Positions 1-9,725 of a stretch of 64,000 nucleotides of DNA are shown in pieces. The notes under the pieces are model-generated. The model saw nothing but the letters and a program-made list of their open reading frames with translations. It made no database searches and was not told the DNA's origin. Numbering within the stretch: the first letter of the stretch is position 1; each line of letters begins with the position of its first letter. The translations under genes and the position numbers were made by a program. Source of the DNA: Lachnospiraceae bacterium (lineage in GTDB: Bacteria > Bacillota_I > Bacilli_A > RFN20 > CAG-826); assembly GCA_963643725.1 (NCBI GenBank), contig CAVILR010000004.1, forward strand, positions 5,438-69,437, given 5' to 3'.

Positions 1-2
1 CA

Positions 3-422
3 TTTTCTAATAAACACATAAAAAATATTGATACATCAAAATATAAAATATTCGATAATGGTTCATTTGCTTATCAAATGAATATCGATTATGTAGAAAT
101 AAGCGAGAATAAACTAAAGATAAGAGGATGGGCTATAAAGCAAGATGAGCCAATCGATAGTTCCGATATTAATGTAGTTTTATTAAAAAGCAACGAAACA
201 ACTGGACTAAAACTTCCAACATTGATGGAAGGAAGAAATGATGTGACCGAACACTTTTCTACATATAATTTTCATTGGTCCGGTTTTAAAACAAATATAT
301 CATCGTTTAAATTGAATCTAGATGAAGATTATAAAATCTTTGTGCTATTTAAGATAAACGATAATGAACCGATTTTGATAAATTCAAATAAAACAACACT
401 AAGTTATGAAGATATTAAATAG
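3..422 (+). CDS. 3' end of a CDS entering from upstream of the window (hypothetical protein, C-terminal domain)
   Basis: The frame of ORF 78..422 stays open back to base 3 (FSNKHIKNIDTSKYKIFDNGSFAYQ then MNIDYVE), so the listed Met is probably internal. No recognisable motif. Its stop overlaps the next gene start. Confidence 0.45.
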   Translation, partial: FSNKHIKNIDTSKYKIFDNGSFAYQMNIDYVEISENKLKIRGWAIKQDEPIDSSDINVVLLKSNETTGLKLPTLMEGRNDVTEHFSTYNFHWSGFKTNISSFKLNLDEDYKIFVLFKINDNEPILINSNKTTLSYEDIK

Positions 423-1791
423 AGATAAGCTATTAACCTTTTGGAATAACAATAAATTCTTTTTACTTGCCAGTTTTCTTTTTGCCTTTATCTTAGCGTT
501 TATTAAACTTGGCGGTGATGATACCGGCGCGATGCTAATAAAAGATGGAAATATCATTGAATATTGGAACACGAGCGCGATGATGTATAAAACGTGGTCG
601 AGTCGCGTTTTAATAAATTTTACCGTTTATATATTCACCGACGCTCATCCGATATTTACCGCTTTTTATGGCGGTATTCTAATGTATACACTTCTTAAAT
701 TATTGAATTATCTATTTTTAAATAATAGTAAGAAAACATCCGATATTATCTTTCTTATATGTCTTGTATTTTTATTTCCGTTTCAAACGTTTTCCACCGC
801 TGGATGGATATCGACAATCGTGACTTATTTTGGAGCAATAACATTTGGCTTTGTATCACTTGTACCTATAAAAATTATCGTTAACAACAAGAAACTTGAT
901 TGGTGGAAATTAATATTATTTCTTTTGTGCTTAATATATGCATCAAATCACGAGCAAGTGATGGTCGTTCTCCTATTTAGCTACGTGTCTTCTCTTATTT
1001 ATTACATCGTTGTCAATAAAAAGATTAATATCTATCTTACAATTCTTACATTGATAATAATCGGAAGTTTGCTATTCACTGTTCTTTGCCCAGGAAATGC
1101 ATTACGAAGAGAGCAAGAAATCATCCACTGGTTCCCTACATTCGATCACCTTAGTTTCCTAGATAAGATTGAACTAGGTTATGAAACTCTCTTACAATGG
1201 CTAATCTTAGATAATAATATTTTCTTTATCGTTATATGCGCCATATTATCAATATTAATTTGGAAGAAATATCAAAGTGCATTTATTCGCATTATATCTA
1301 CAATTCCTTTGATGATTACTACATTATTCGGGCCATTATATTTAGTGACGACCAAATTATTCCCTCAAGCTAATACATTAATAAACGGAATTCCTTATCT
1401 AGGGCTAATTAATCCTATGAACGAATATGGAATCGGTGAATATTTAACCTTCTTGCTTTTATCGATGTGTTTATTTATAACGCTGATAAACATGCTGCTA
1501 TTAATAGATAATTGGAAAAGTTGTTGGATAATTTTAATTCTATTCATAAGCGGTCTACTATCACGCATAGCAATCGGGTTATCGCCTACCTTATATGCAT
1601 CAAGCACACGTATCAACTGCGTAATGGCTATATCGATTATCTCCTGTATGTTATATATTTACGCAAATAACAAAACATTGTTGGAAAATAAACGAATAAT
1701 TAACATCAAAAACATCAATTATGTAATGTTGATATTAGCTTTATTATCGATAATTAATTTGATTTACGCGGTTAGCAATACGTTTGCTTAA
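406..1791 (+). CDS. polytopic integral membrane protein, putative GT-C-type glycosyltransferase/polymerase of the glycan locus
   Basis: 461 aa, hydrophobic helices along the whole length and no soluble domain. It is embedded among glycan genes; the family assignment rests on context only. Confidence 0.5.
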   Translation: MKILNRDKLLTFWNNNKFFLLASFLFAFILAFIKLGGDDTGAMLIKDGNIIEYWNTSAMMYKTWSSRVLINFTVYIFTDAHPIFTAFYGGILMYTLLKLLNYLFLNNSKKTSDIIFLICLVFLFPFQTFSTAGWISTIVTYFGAITFGFVSLVPIKIIVNNKKLDWWKLILFLLCLIYASNHEQVMVVLLFSYVSSLIYYIVVNKKINIYLTILTLIIIGSLLFTVLCPGNALRREQEIIHWFPTFDHLSFLDKIELGYETLLQWLILDNNIFFIVICAILSILIWKKYQSAFIRIISTIPLMITTLFGPLYLVTTKLFPQANTLINGIPYLGLINPMNEYGIGEYLTFLLLSMCLFITLINMLLLIDNWKSCWIILILFISGLLSRIAIGLSPTLYASSTRINCVMAISIISCMLYIYANNKTLLENKRIINIKNINYVMLILALLSIINLIYAVSNTFA

Positions 1792-2681
1792 TATTTGTTG
1801 AACAGTAATTTTATTTTTCTTAAAAGACAATTACTTGGCGGATTAAATCTCTTACAAAAGAAAATCTTCATCTTTGATTTAATTGACTTCTTATAATTTA
1901 AAAACGTTTCAATATCATAAATATCATCTTTTCTCATCACGTCTTTATAGCCAATCAATAATTCATTAAACAATGCATCTCGATGCATTTTTGAATGTGT
2001 AAAATTGTTGTAGTAACCTTGAAGCGATTCTTCACCGCCAATTTGATTATGGCCATGTTGCCGATAGAGAATATGGCTATTGTTATCATAAACAAACTTC
2101 GATGTAGCTAGAGCCACTAAAAAGAGCCAATAGTCGTGAAGATAAATATTCTTTGGATAATGTTTTTTAAGAATAGATGCATAATCTTTATCAAAAATAA
2201 CTGTGCATCCAGTAGCAATATTTTCTAGCAAATAATGAGATAGTTCATGATGCTTGATTTTAAATTTGTTCATTGGCAATGGATTTTTCAGCTTTTCATC
2301 AACAAGTGTGAGATTGGAGCAATAAAAATGTGCATTATTCTCAACCAACATATTAATTCCGGAGATGAGTTTATCATCGAGCCAAAAATCATCTTGATCA
2401 GCGATGGCAAAATAATCAAATTCATCAGCTAAATGAGCGTATATTAAATCTAAGAAATTATAAGTAAAGTTTTTGTTCGTCTTGTTCTTAGAATAAATAA
2501 TTTTATATTTATTTGATAATTTCTTTACAATTTCCAATGTAGAGTCAGTCGAGCAATCGTCGGAAACAAACAATGTAACATCAACATTCTTTTGAATAAA
2601 TATCGATTCTATCTGCTTAGCAATATATTTTTCACCATTATATGATGACAATAAAACGGCTACTTTCGGGGATGAGTTCAT
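1788..2681 (-). CDS. family 2 glycosyltransferase
   Basis: N-terminus VAVLLSSYNGEKYIAKQIESIFIQ...VSDDCSTD followed by ADQDDFW (DxD-type), typical of GT2 rhamnosyl/hexosyltransferases in EPS loci. Confidence 0.85.
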   Translation of the reverse strand: MNSSPKVAVLLSSYNGEKYIAKQIESIFIQKNVDVTLFVSDDCSTDSTLEIVKKLSNKYKIIYSKNKTNKNFTYNFLDLIYAHLADEFDYFAIADQDDFWLDDKLISGINMLVENNAHFYCSNLTLVDEKLKNPLPMNKFKIKHHELSHYLLENIATGCTVIFDKDYASILKKHYPKNIYLHDYWLFLVALATSKFVYDNNSHILYRQHGHNQIGGEESLQGYYNNFTHSKMHRDALFNELLIGYKDVMRKDDIYDIETFLNYKKSIKSKMKIFFCKRFNPPSNCLLRKIKLLFNKY

Positions 2682-2736
2682 GTAAAAATCTTATCACATT
2701 ATAGAAAATGGGCGTTAAAAAATATATGATAATCCT

Positions 2737-5478
2737 ATGGTCGATGAAGAGCATTTTAACAATAGAGTTAAAACTCGTTTCTTACTGAACCCATTTTTGT
2801 GGTTTTCATTAGTTTGGATATTTGTTCTTTTTATTCACTCTTTTAATTTCTTACCTTCGTATCCAGAAGCATCGACTAAGATGTATATTTTTTTAATAAC
2901 CATTATTCTAATTTCTATTTTTCTAGCTTTTTTATTCAATAGTCTATTTCTAAAAAAACTCAAAGTCATAAACATAAATAGTAAGCCGATTTGGATTATT
3001 ATCGCTATATCGTATGTGATACTCGTTTTTGAGGCACTTTATTCAAAAACGCTTCCTCTAATTAGTGTTTTTTCATCTAACACAACATATAAAGACTTTG
3101 GAGTTCCTATATTGTCAGGCTTCATGTATTCATTCTGCATATTTATTTCAATGATATGCTCGTTAAAACTTGTTTACGGAAAAGGTAATAAATGGCCGAA
3201 CTTCTTTGCGTTATTACTATCCTATGGCCGTTTCGTTTTGGTTTTCTCTCGTGGTGGTTTAATTATTTGCTTGGCTATAACGATTATCATCTATTTCACA
3301 AAGTCCAAGTTCAATTGGTTAAGTATCTTGGTTTTATTAATTCTATTTGTTCTCGGATTATATTTTTTCAATGTATTAGGAAATATTCGTATGGGCTATT
3401 CATCAAATGATTCCTCATACTTACTAAAAATATCTAAATTCAATAAAGATTATTATTGGCTATCTAATTTTTCTTGGGGAATAACGTATATTGATTCTCC
3501 TCTTGGAAATCTTTTATATAATGAAGCAAATGTGGCACCTCTTAATTCGCTAGATGGCTTATTTTCGCAGCTTCTAACAAGTGTAGTTAGCGAAAAACTA
3601 TATCCAAGTTTTTCTCCAGATTTATATCTAACAATTCCTAATTTAACAGTTTCTACAATGTTTGCAGGCGGTTATAAATATTATGGTTATTTTGGCATGA
3701 GCGTCGTCTACCTAAACATGGTGGCTATCATTTTTATATCAAGCGCATTGTGTAGGAAAAATAATTTCGCATTAATTGGCTGCGCATCTATTCTTACAAT
3801 ATTGACGGCGACATCATTCTTTGACAATATGTTTTATACGTCCGGCAATTCATTTGCATTAATATATCTCATTATTTACATTTATCTATTTTATAAAGGT
3901 GCGAACGCAAAATCGGTTTCCATCTCAAGTAATAATGAATTAAAAACAACAAATATAGCGGACAGCAAAACAAAACCTACAATAATCGAAAAAAACAAAA
4001 AACAAGAGAAGACATCTTCATTAACAAAAAGCAGTATTGCTTATTTAATATACAATGTATTCAATGCTCTATTCCCGTTTATAAGTGCGTTATACATATC
4101 TCGTATACTTTCCTCAACCGCGATTGGTGAGGTAAGCTACGCATTAAACATCGTTTCTTATTTTGCGTTATTTGCCTTTGTTGGTATTCCGACCTATGGG
4201 ACGCGCGAAATTGCTAAATATCGTGATGACAAATCAAAAGTTAATCGCTTATTCACCGAATTAACAATTATTAACGCAATTACAACAACAATATCGTTAT
4301 TGGCGTATATATCATTAATATTTATCGTTCCTTCGTTTAGAGAAGAAAATTTAATTCTTTTCTTAGTGGTCGGCATTGAAATAGCGTTAAATTATTTCAA
4401 TATTTCCTGGCTATATGAAGGGTTAGAAAAATTCACTTTTATTTCTATCGTCAATGTTATCACAAAAGTATTAAGCCTTGTATTTTTATTCGCCTTCGTT
4501 CATAGCGAAAATCAAACAATAATATATGCAATTCTATCTGTAGTTGGAATATCAGGTAATTATCTATTATCCTTTTTCTTTTATAGAAAATGTGCAAATT
4601 TTACTAAGACAGGATTATCGTTTAAAGAACATATAACACCAATTCTTTTGTTAGTTGTTGTGAATCTAGCTATAGAAATATATTCGCTTCTAGATATCAC
4701 GATGATCGGAGCAATAATTCCTGGCAAAGAACATGTTACATATTATAAATATGCTCATCAAATACAAAAGACGATGCTCATGATGCTTAATACGGTTACT
4801 CTTGTTTTAATACCAAGATTATCCAAGTTTTACAAGGATAATGAAATCAATAAATATAATGCTTTACTAAATAAAACGTTCTTAATTATATTAGTTATTT
4901 CGTTGCCAATGGTGATTGGGACATATTTTGTAAGCGACTATCTTCTAGTCCTTCTTTATGGTGAAGAATATATAGCTTCATCCATTGTTTTAAAAGCTCT
5001 AATGCCTATTGTAATCATTTCACCAATCGGATATTTGCTCGGGTCTCGCGTATGCCTTGTTACTAACCACGAAAAATACATGCCGATCGCGGTTGGCATA
5101 GGAGCATTAGCAAATATTGGGCTTAATATTTTATTTATTAATCTCTACCAAGAAACCGGTGCGGCTATTGCCTCGGTTATAAGTGAAGTAATCGTCTTTG
5201 CTATTTATATCATTTTCTCTTACAAATACTTCAAACTGACATTTAATTGGAAAGAATATATAAAAATAGCATTCTCATTACTATTTATGACTGGTTATCT
5301 ATTATTAATTTATTTCCTTGTTTCCAATGAGTTAATAAAATTCATATTAGAAGTTGTTGGGGCGATTATTATTTATTTTGTTATATTGCTTGTATTAAAA
5401 GAGGAAATTGTAGTGGAAGGTTTTCATAAATTTATCAAAAGAAAAGAGGAGACAAAAAATGCAGGAATTGACGCTTAA
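2737..5478 (+). CDS. fusion protein: N-terminal polytopic Wzy/EpsG-like domain plus C-terminal Wzx (MOP-family) flippase
   Basis: Single 913-aa ORF. Residues 1-390 form about 10 TM helices with one large loop. A K/S/T-rich linker follows. Residues about 430-913 show a typical Wzx N-terminus (LIYNVFNALFPFISALYISRILSSTAIGEVSYALN...GIPTYGTREIAKYRDD) and 12-14 TM helices. Confidence 0.7.
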   Translation: MVDEEHFNNRVKTRFLLNPFLWFSLVWIFVLFIHSFNFLPSYPEASTKMYIFLITIILISIFLAFLFNSLFLKKLKVININSKPIWIIIAISYVILVFEALYSKTLPLISVFSSNTTYKDFGVPILSGFMYSFCIFISMICSLKLVYGKGNKWPNFFALLLSYGRFVLVFSRGGLIICLAITIIIYFTKSKFNWLSILVLLILFVLGLYFFNVLGNIRMGYSSNDSSYLLKISKFNKDYYWLSNFSWGITYIDSPLGNLLYNEANVAPLNSLDGLFSQLLTSVVSEKLYPSFSPDLYLTIPNLTVSTMFAGGYKYYGYFGMSVVYLNMVAIIFISSALCRKNNFALIGCASILTILTATSFFDNMFYTSGNSFALIYLIIYIYLFYKGANAKSVSISSNNELKTTNIADSKTKPTIIEKNKKQEKTSSLTKSSIAYLIYNVFNALFPFISALYISRILSSTAIGEVSYALNIVSYFALFAFVGIPTYGTREIAKYRDDKSKVNRLFTELTIINAITTTISLLAYISLIFIVPSFREENLILFLVVGIEIALNYFNISWLYEGLEKFTFISIVNVITKVLSLVFLFAFVHSENQTIIYAILSVVGISGNYLLSFFFYRKCANFTKTGLSFKEHITPILLLVVVNLAIEIYSLLDITMIGAIIPGKEHVTYYKYAHQIQKTMLMMLNTVTLVLIPRLSKFYKDNEINKYNALLNKTFLIILVISLPMVIGTYFVSDYLLVLLYGEEYIASSIVLKALMPIVIISPIGYLLGSRVCLVTNHEKYMPIAVGIGALANIGLNILFINLYQETGAAIASVISEVIVFAIYIIFSYKYFKLTFNWKEYIKIAFSLLFMTGYLLLIYFLVSNELIKFILEVVGAIIIYFVILLVLKEEIVVEGFHKFIKRKEETKNAGIDA

Positions 5479-6259
5479 AGAAATACAACAAAGTAGTTAT
5501 CAAATTCTTAAAAAAATAAAAGAAGTATGCGACAAAAATAACATCACCTATTTTCTTGACTACGGCACTTTAATAGGAGCTATAAGACATAATGGCTTCA
5601 TACCTTGGGATGATGATATTGACATTTCTCTTCCCCGAAAAGAGTATGAAAAATTTATTGAGATATGCATTAAAAATCCATCATCAATCGCTCCATTTGA
5701 ATTATTGCATTATAAAACCAACAAAAAATATATTTATCCAATCGCTAGAATAAACGATCCAAGATATTTTACTGATTATCAAAACGCAAAAGATTATGGT
5801 CTTGGAGCGTTTGTTGATGTATATCCAGTAGACGGTATAAATTTAAATGACAAAAGACATCTTAAAAAATTGCTTCATTTGAATAACATCATTTATGTTG
5901 CTGGTCAAAAACGCATGGCAAAGGCGAGAAATTTCCTAAGAAATATTCCAAAATTTATCTTCTTTGTTATTACTCGCTTCACTAATATCAATAAACTAAT
6001 TGCAAAAATTGATAAACTGGCTCAGAAATACGATTTTAATAATTCTGAAATAGTGTCATGCTCTGTTATCGAGTCATGGTCACATTTCAATAAATCGGAT
6101 TATACAAATCCGATTCCTCACAAATTTGAAGATGATGAGTTCTCAATTCCACAAAACTATGATGAGCATCTTCATAGTTATGTAGGAGATTATATGAAAC
6201 TACCTCCTAAGGAAGAACAAATTGGCCACCACTTTTACAAAATGTATAAAAAAGATTAA
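5459..6259 (+). CDS. LicD-family phosphotransferase (transfers a phospho-headgroup from a CDP-activated donor to glycan)
   Basis: YFLDYGTLIGAIRHNGFIPWDDDIDISLPR is the LicD signature region. GAGGAG RBS lies 7 nt upstream of the ATG. The start overlaps the 3' end of the preceding gene. Confidence 0.85.
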   Translation: MQELTLKEIQQSSYQILKKIKEVCDKNNITYFLDYGTLIGAIRHNGFIPWDDDIDISLPRKEYEKFIEICIKNPSSIAPFELLHYKTNKKYIYPIARINDPRYFTDYQNAKDYGLGAFVDVYPVDGINLNDKRHLKKLLHLNNIIYVAGQKRMAKARNFLRNIPKFIFFVITRFTNINKLIAKIDKLAQKYDFNNSEIVSCSVIESWSHFNKSDYTNPIPHKFEDDEFSIPQNYDEHLHSYVGDYMKLPPKEEQIGHHFYKMYKKD

Positions 6260-7626
6260 TCGAAACGCCAATCATTTTTAGTAAACGCTGGCATTAAAAT
6301 AATTAAAGAAAGATAAGAACTATCGATGTTATATGGCAAGATAAAGGTTCCACTTTCAAATTGCATATAAATCAAACAGACAAAAATAAGAGAAAATTCA
6401 AATAAACATAATTGTTTGTTTTCTTTATATTTTTTAATGTATCTAGAAATTACATAAATAAGGATTAAAGCAAAAGCTAGCAAAAACACAATGCCTCCAT
6501 TGCCCATAAGTTCTAAAAAACCATTATGCGCGAACGGTGTGTCATTATGGTGATAAGTCGTTGGATCGGATGTATTAAATATAAATAAGATATCACCAAA
6601 AAGATGGAATCCTGCGCCCAAGACATAGGATGTCGAATTTAAAATAGATATACAGTTATGCCAGATAACTTTCCGATACGAAATGGTCCCTGTATCAAAA
6701 AATGCGTTTTTAATGCTTTCATTGCAATTAATCAACGCAATGACTGAAATTAAAGAAATAAGACAAATACTTGTTATAACTATCAAAGCAATCATATTTC
6801 TTTTTTTGTTGTTCTTATAAGAAAGAATAAAGCGAATAACTAAATATAGAAGAAGTAAAAACATTCCTAATATCAATGCTGTCTTGCATAAAGTAAAAAT
6901 AAGATTTAAGTATATAAAGCCGTATACAACGAACCAATAATATTTATGTCTTCTTAAATGTAAGAATAAAGAAGCGACTAAACCAAGAAATAAAATAAAT
7001 CCATAACTATTACGATATGCATAAAAAGAAAATGTTGTGTAATCGTATAATTCACTAGGAGATGATAAATGTTTAACAAAGTCAATATATCTAACATTAT
7101 CAACGATATATGAGCCAATGATACTAACTAAAACAAATAATAAACAGGCAAAAGAAAAAACATATAGGATTTGGACTTTGAACATCTTTGGAATGATGTC
7201 GATGATAATAAATGATAGTAAAAGCAAACAAATAAGTTGAGCAATATAACGAAGTTTCGTTAATGATTCAATAGAAAATGAAAATGTTGTTATTCCCCCA
7301 TCAACTAAATCCACGGAAAAAGTTTTATCGCGGAAGAAAACAATGGTTAATGCATTAATCAGTAAAACAACACTCAATCCAATAACGATAGGCCAAGATG
7401 GTCGATATGTTTCCTTTTTAGCAAGATAAATTGTTAAACATATTAACGTTATTAGGAAAACTGAAAAAGATACAATAAATAAGGATGAATTTAATAATCC
7501 AACCTTACCTACTGCATCGCTAGCAAATAGTGTTGAGCCGACAAGAGGATAAAATCCTGATGTAAATAAAAGCAGCAAAACACCTAGATAAAACCATTCT
7601 TTAACTGTTAGCTTGTAAATATTCAT
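6256..7626 (-). CDS. O-antigen ligase/polymerase-family (Wzy_C-like) membrane protein
   Basis: 456 aa and polytopic. The C-terminal third carries FAHNGFLELMGNGGIVFLL, resembling the Wzy_C/O-antigen ligase motif (aHN.yLe...G). Confidence 0.65.
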   Translation of the reverse strand: MNIYKLTVKEWFYLGVLLLLFTSGFYPLVGSTLFASDAVGKVGLLNSSLFIVSFSVFLITLICLTIYLAKKETYRPSWPIVIGLSVVLLINALTIVFFRDKTFSVDLVDGGITTFSFSIESLTKLRYIAQLICLLLLSFIIIDIIPKMFKVQILYVFSFACLLFVLVSIIGSYIVDNVRYIDFVKHLSSPSELYDYTTFSFYAYRNSYGFILFLGLVASLFLHLRRHKYYWFVVYGFIYLNLIFTLCKTALILGMFLLLLYLVIRFILSYKNNKKRNMIALIVITSICLISLISVIALINCNESIKNAFFDTGTISYRKVIWHNCISILNSTSYVLGAGFHLFGDILFIFNTSDPTTYHHNDTPFAHNGFLELMGNGGIVFLLAFALILIYVISRYIKKYKENKQLCLFEFSLIFVCLIYMQFESGTFILPYNIDSSYLSLIILMPAFTKNDWRFD

Positions 7627-7710
7627 AAAGACGCATTACTCTATTATTGTAACAAGTAGAATAACCAGTAAAGCCATTTGTCGATTAATGTAAGATAATT
7701 GACAACAATT

Positions 7711-9528
7711 TTAATCGTTTAATAATTCGCTTTTCATAGCGTTAATCAAAATTTTGTTGTCTTCGCTATTTCTTACCGCTACCCTAATAAAATTTTTGTT
7801 GTTAATATATTGTTTTGTGGACAAATCTTTTATAAGTAAATTATATTTGTCTAATAATTTCGTGCAAAATTGTAAGGAAGTCGTTTTACCTAAGTCAATC
7901 ATGATGTAATTAGCTTCAGAATGATAAATTTTGATGTTTTTAATTTCTGATAGTTCTCTTTCCATCTTATCTCTTTCTTCGCAAATGTGGTTGCAAGCTT
8001 CTTCGTAATCTTTAGAAAACAAATTATAAATTTGCAGATAATATTCGGCAAAACTATTTATATTCCACACAGGCAGGTACGCTCGTAAAGTGTTTAATAA
8101 ATCTGTATTTGCTGTCGCAAGTACACCTAAACGCAAGCCTGGCACACCGAATGATTTACTAATTGATTTAATAACAATCAAATTAGGGTATTGTGATAAG
8201 AAACTATTCGATAATAGTGAGAAGCGAATATTTGATGCAGCAAAATCAGCGAATGATTCGTCAATAATTATTGAACAATTATTCTTTAAGCCACATTCTA
8301 AAAGTTGAATAATTTTATCTTTTTTTAGAAAAAAGCCACTAGGATTATCTGGATTAACTAATACAACATAATCCATAGTTTCAGTTAAATGCAGTAAATA
8401 TTCAAAATCCTGCTTATAATCGCATTTTGAATTATCAATAAACGTTAGGTTGCAACTTTTAAAACAACGGACATATTCGTTAAAAGTAGGGAGAGGAACA
8501 GCAACGTTGCCTTTGATAATATAGCCCAATGTGTTGATGAGCTCGGCCGCACCATTGCCGACAATTATATTATGACTATCAACATTAAAAATTCTTCCAG
8601 CATTCATGTTTTCAACATTTAAACCAGAAGGATATTGTGTTAAAAGAGTAGAAAATTCGTTGTTCATTTTTGCGACTAGTTCTTTTGTTGGAAAATAAGG
8701 ATTAACAAGATAGCAAAAATCAATGATTTTACTATATCTCCAAAAACCACCGTATTTTGAAGTTATGTCTTTGTATTTTGTAATTCCATTCTCGAACAAA
8801 ACATTCGCGATTTCTAAATCTTGAGCATCATCAATTTCATACCATGGATACTCATTAATGAACATTGCTTTAAGATTTGCATTTGAACTTTGAACAAGCA
8901 CTTTTAAAACATTTTCGTAATAAGCGTTCACTCCAAAGGATTTGATATAAGCTTCCAAAAATGGCAAATAGTTTTTGCTAAAAAAAGTCTTGCTTATTTT
9001 ATAAACATTAACCGTTTTGTAATATATATCTAAATTATTGTAATCGATATTATGTTTATCAACGAATTGAGTAATCACATTATGTTCATCGCACGTGACA
9101 AGCGTACCATCCATCCATGACTCATATTTAGCAACTACAGCTGCATCTTTTTCTTTATAATCGACCAATCGTTTTATTAATAACGAATCATATATTAAGT
9201 CAGATTCCAAGAGGATAGTATCATCGAGAAACATATAATCTTTAGCTAGATAAAAAGAATATATGTTGTTCGTGGTTTCGAAGTCCTTATTCTCTATAAA
9301 AATAAATTCGATATCGTCGTTACTATAATGTTCTAGAATATAGGACTTAAGAGCATCTCCTTTGTAGCCAATAACGACAATAAATTTATGAATATCAGCT
9401 AATTTAATAGCTTCAATAGCGCGATCAATTAATTTCTTTCCCGCAACCTCTACCATGCATTTTGTATTGTTGTTTGTGAATTTTCCTAAACGTTTGCCCA
9501 TACCGGCCGCCAACATTAAAGCTTGCAT
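7711..9528 (-). CDS. bifunctional LicC-like nucleotidyltransferase / class I-II PLP-dependent (CobD/HisC-like) enzyme
   Basis: N-terminus MQALMLAAGMGKRLG (GxGxRL NTP-transferase), TTNNIYS, LESD, YYE, WYEIDD as in LicC/PntC-type cytidylyltransferases. C-terminal half has DFCYLVNPYFP, NPDNPSG and the PLP-lysine motif SISKSFGVPGLRLG. Confidence 0.8.
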   Translation of the reverse strand: MQALMLAAGMGKRLGKFTNNNTKCMVEVAGKKLIDRAIEAIKLADIHKFIVVIGYKGDALKSYILEHYSNDDIEFIFIENKDFETTNNIYSFYLAKDYMFLDDTILLESDLIYDSLLIKRLVDYKEKDAAVVAKYESWMDGTLVTCDEHNVITQFVDKHNIDYNNLDIYYKTVNVYKISKTFFSKNYLPFLEAYIKSFGVNAYYENVLKVLVQSSNANLKAMFINEYPWYEIDDAQDLEIANVLFENGITKYKDITSKYGGFWRYSKIIDFCYLVNPYFPTKELVAKMNNEFSTLLTQYPSGLNVENMNAGRIFNVDSHNIIVGNGAAELINTLGYIIKGNVAVPLPTFNEYVRCFKSCNLTFIDNSKCDYKQDFEYLLHLTETMDYVVLVNPDNPSGFFLKKDKIIQLLECGLKNNCSIIIDESFADFAASNIRFSLLSNSFLSQYPNLIVIKSISKSFGVPGLRLGVLATANTDLLNTLRAYLPVWNINSFAEYYLQIYNLFSKDYEEACNHICEERDKMERELSEIKNIKIYHSEANYIMIDLGKTTSLQFCTKLLDKYNLLIKDLSTKQYINNKNFIRVAVRNSEDNKILINAMKSELLND

Positions 9529-9725
9529 ATTTTTTTATTTCCTCTTATAAGATTATATTTTGATTTATAGTTATTTATGCCTTCTAAATAATTTCATATA
9601 TTTTAAGAAATTTTTAGGCAAAAAGGCAAGAGATATTAAGGTCACTTGATGCGCATAAGTTGTTAATTATTTTTGTATTCAAAAGATAGATATAATAAAA
9701 TTATCGATATATAAAGGAGATAGCT

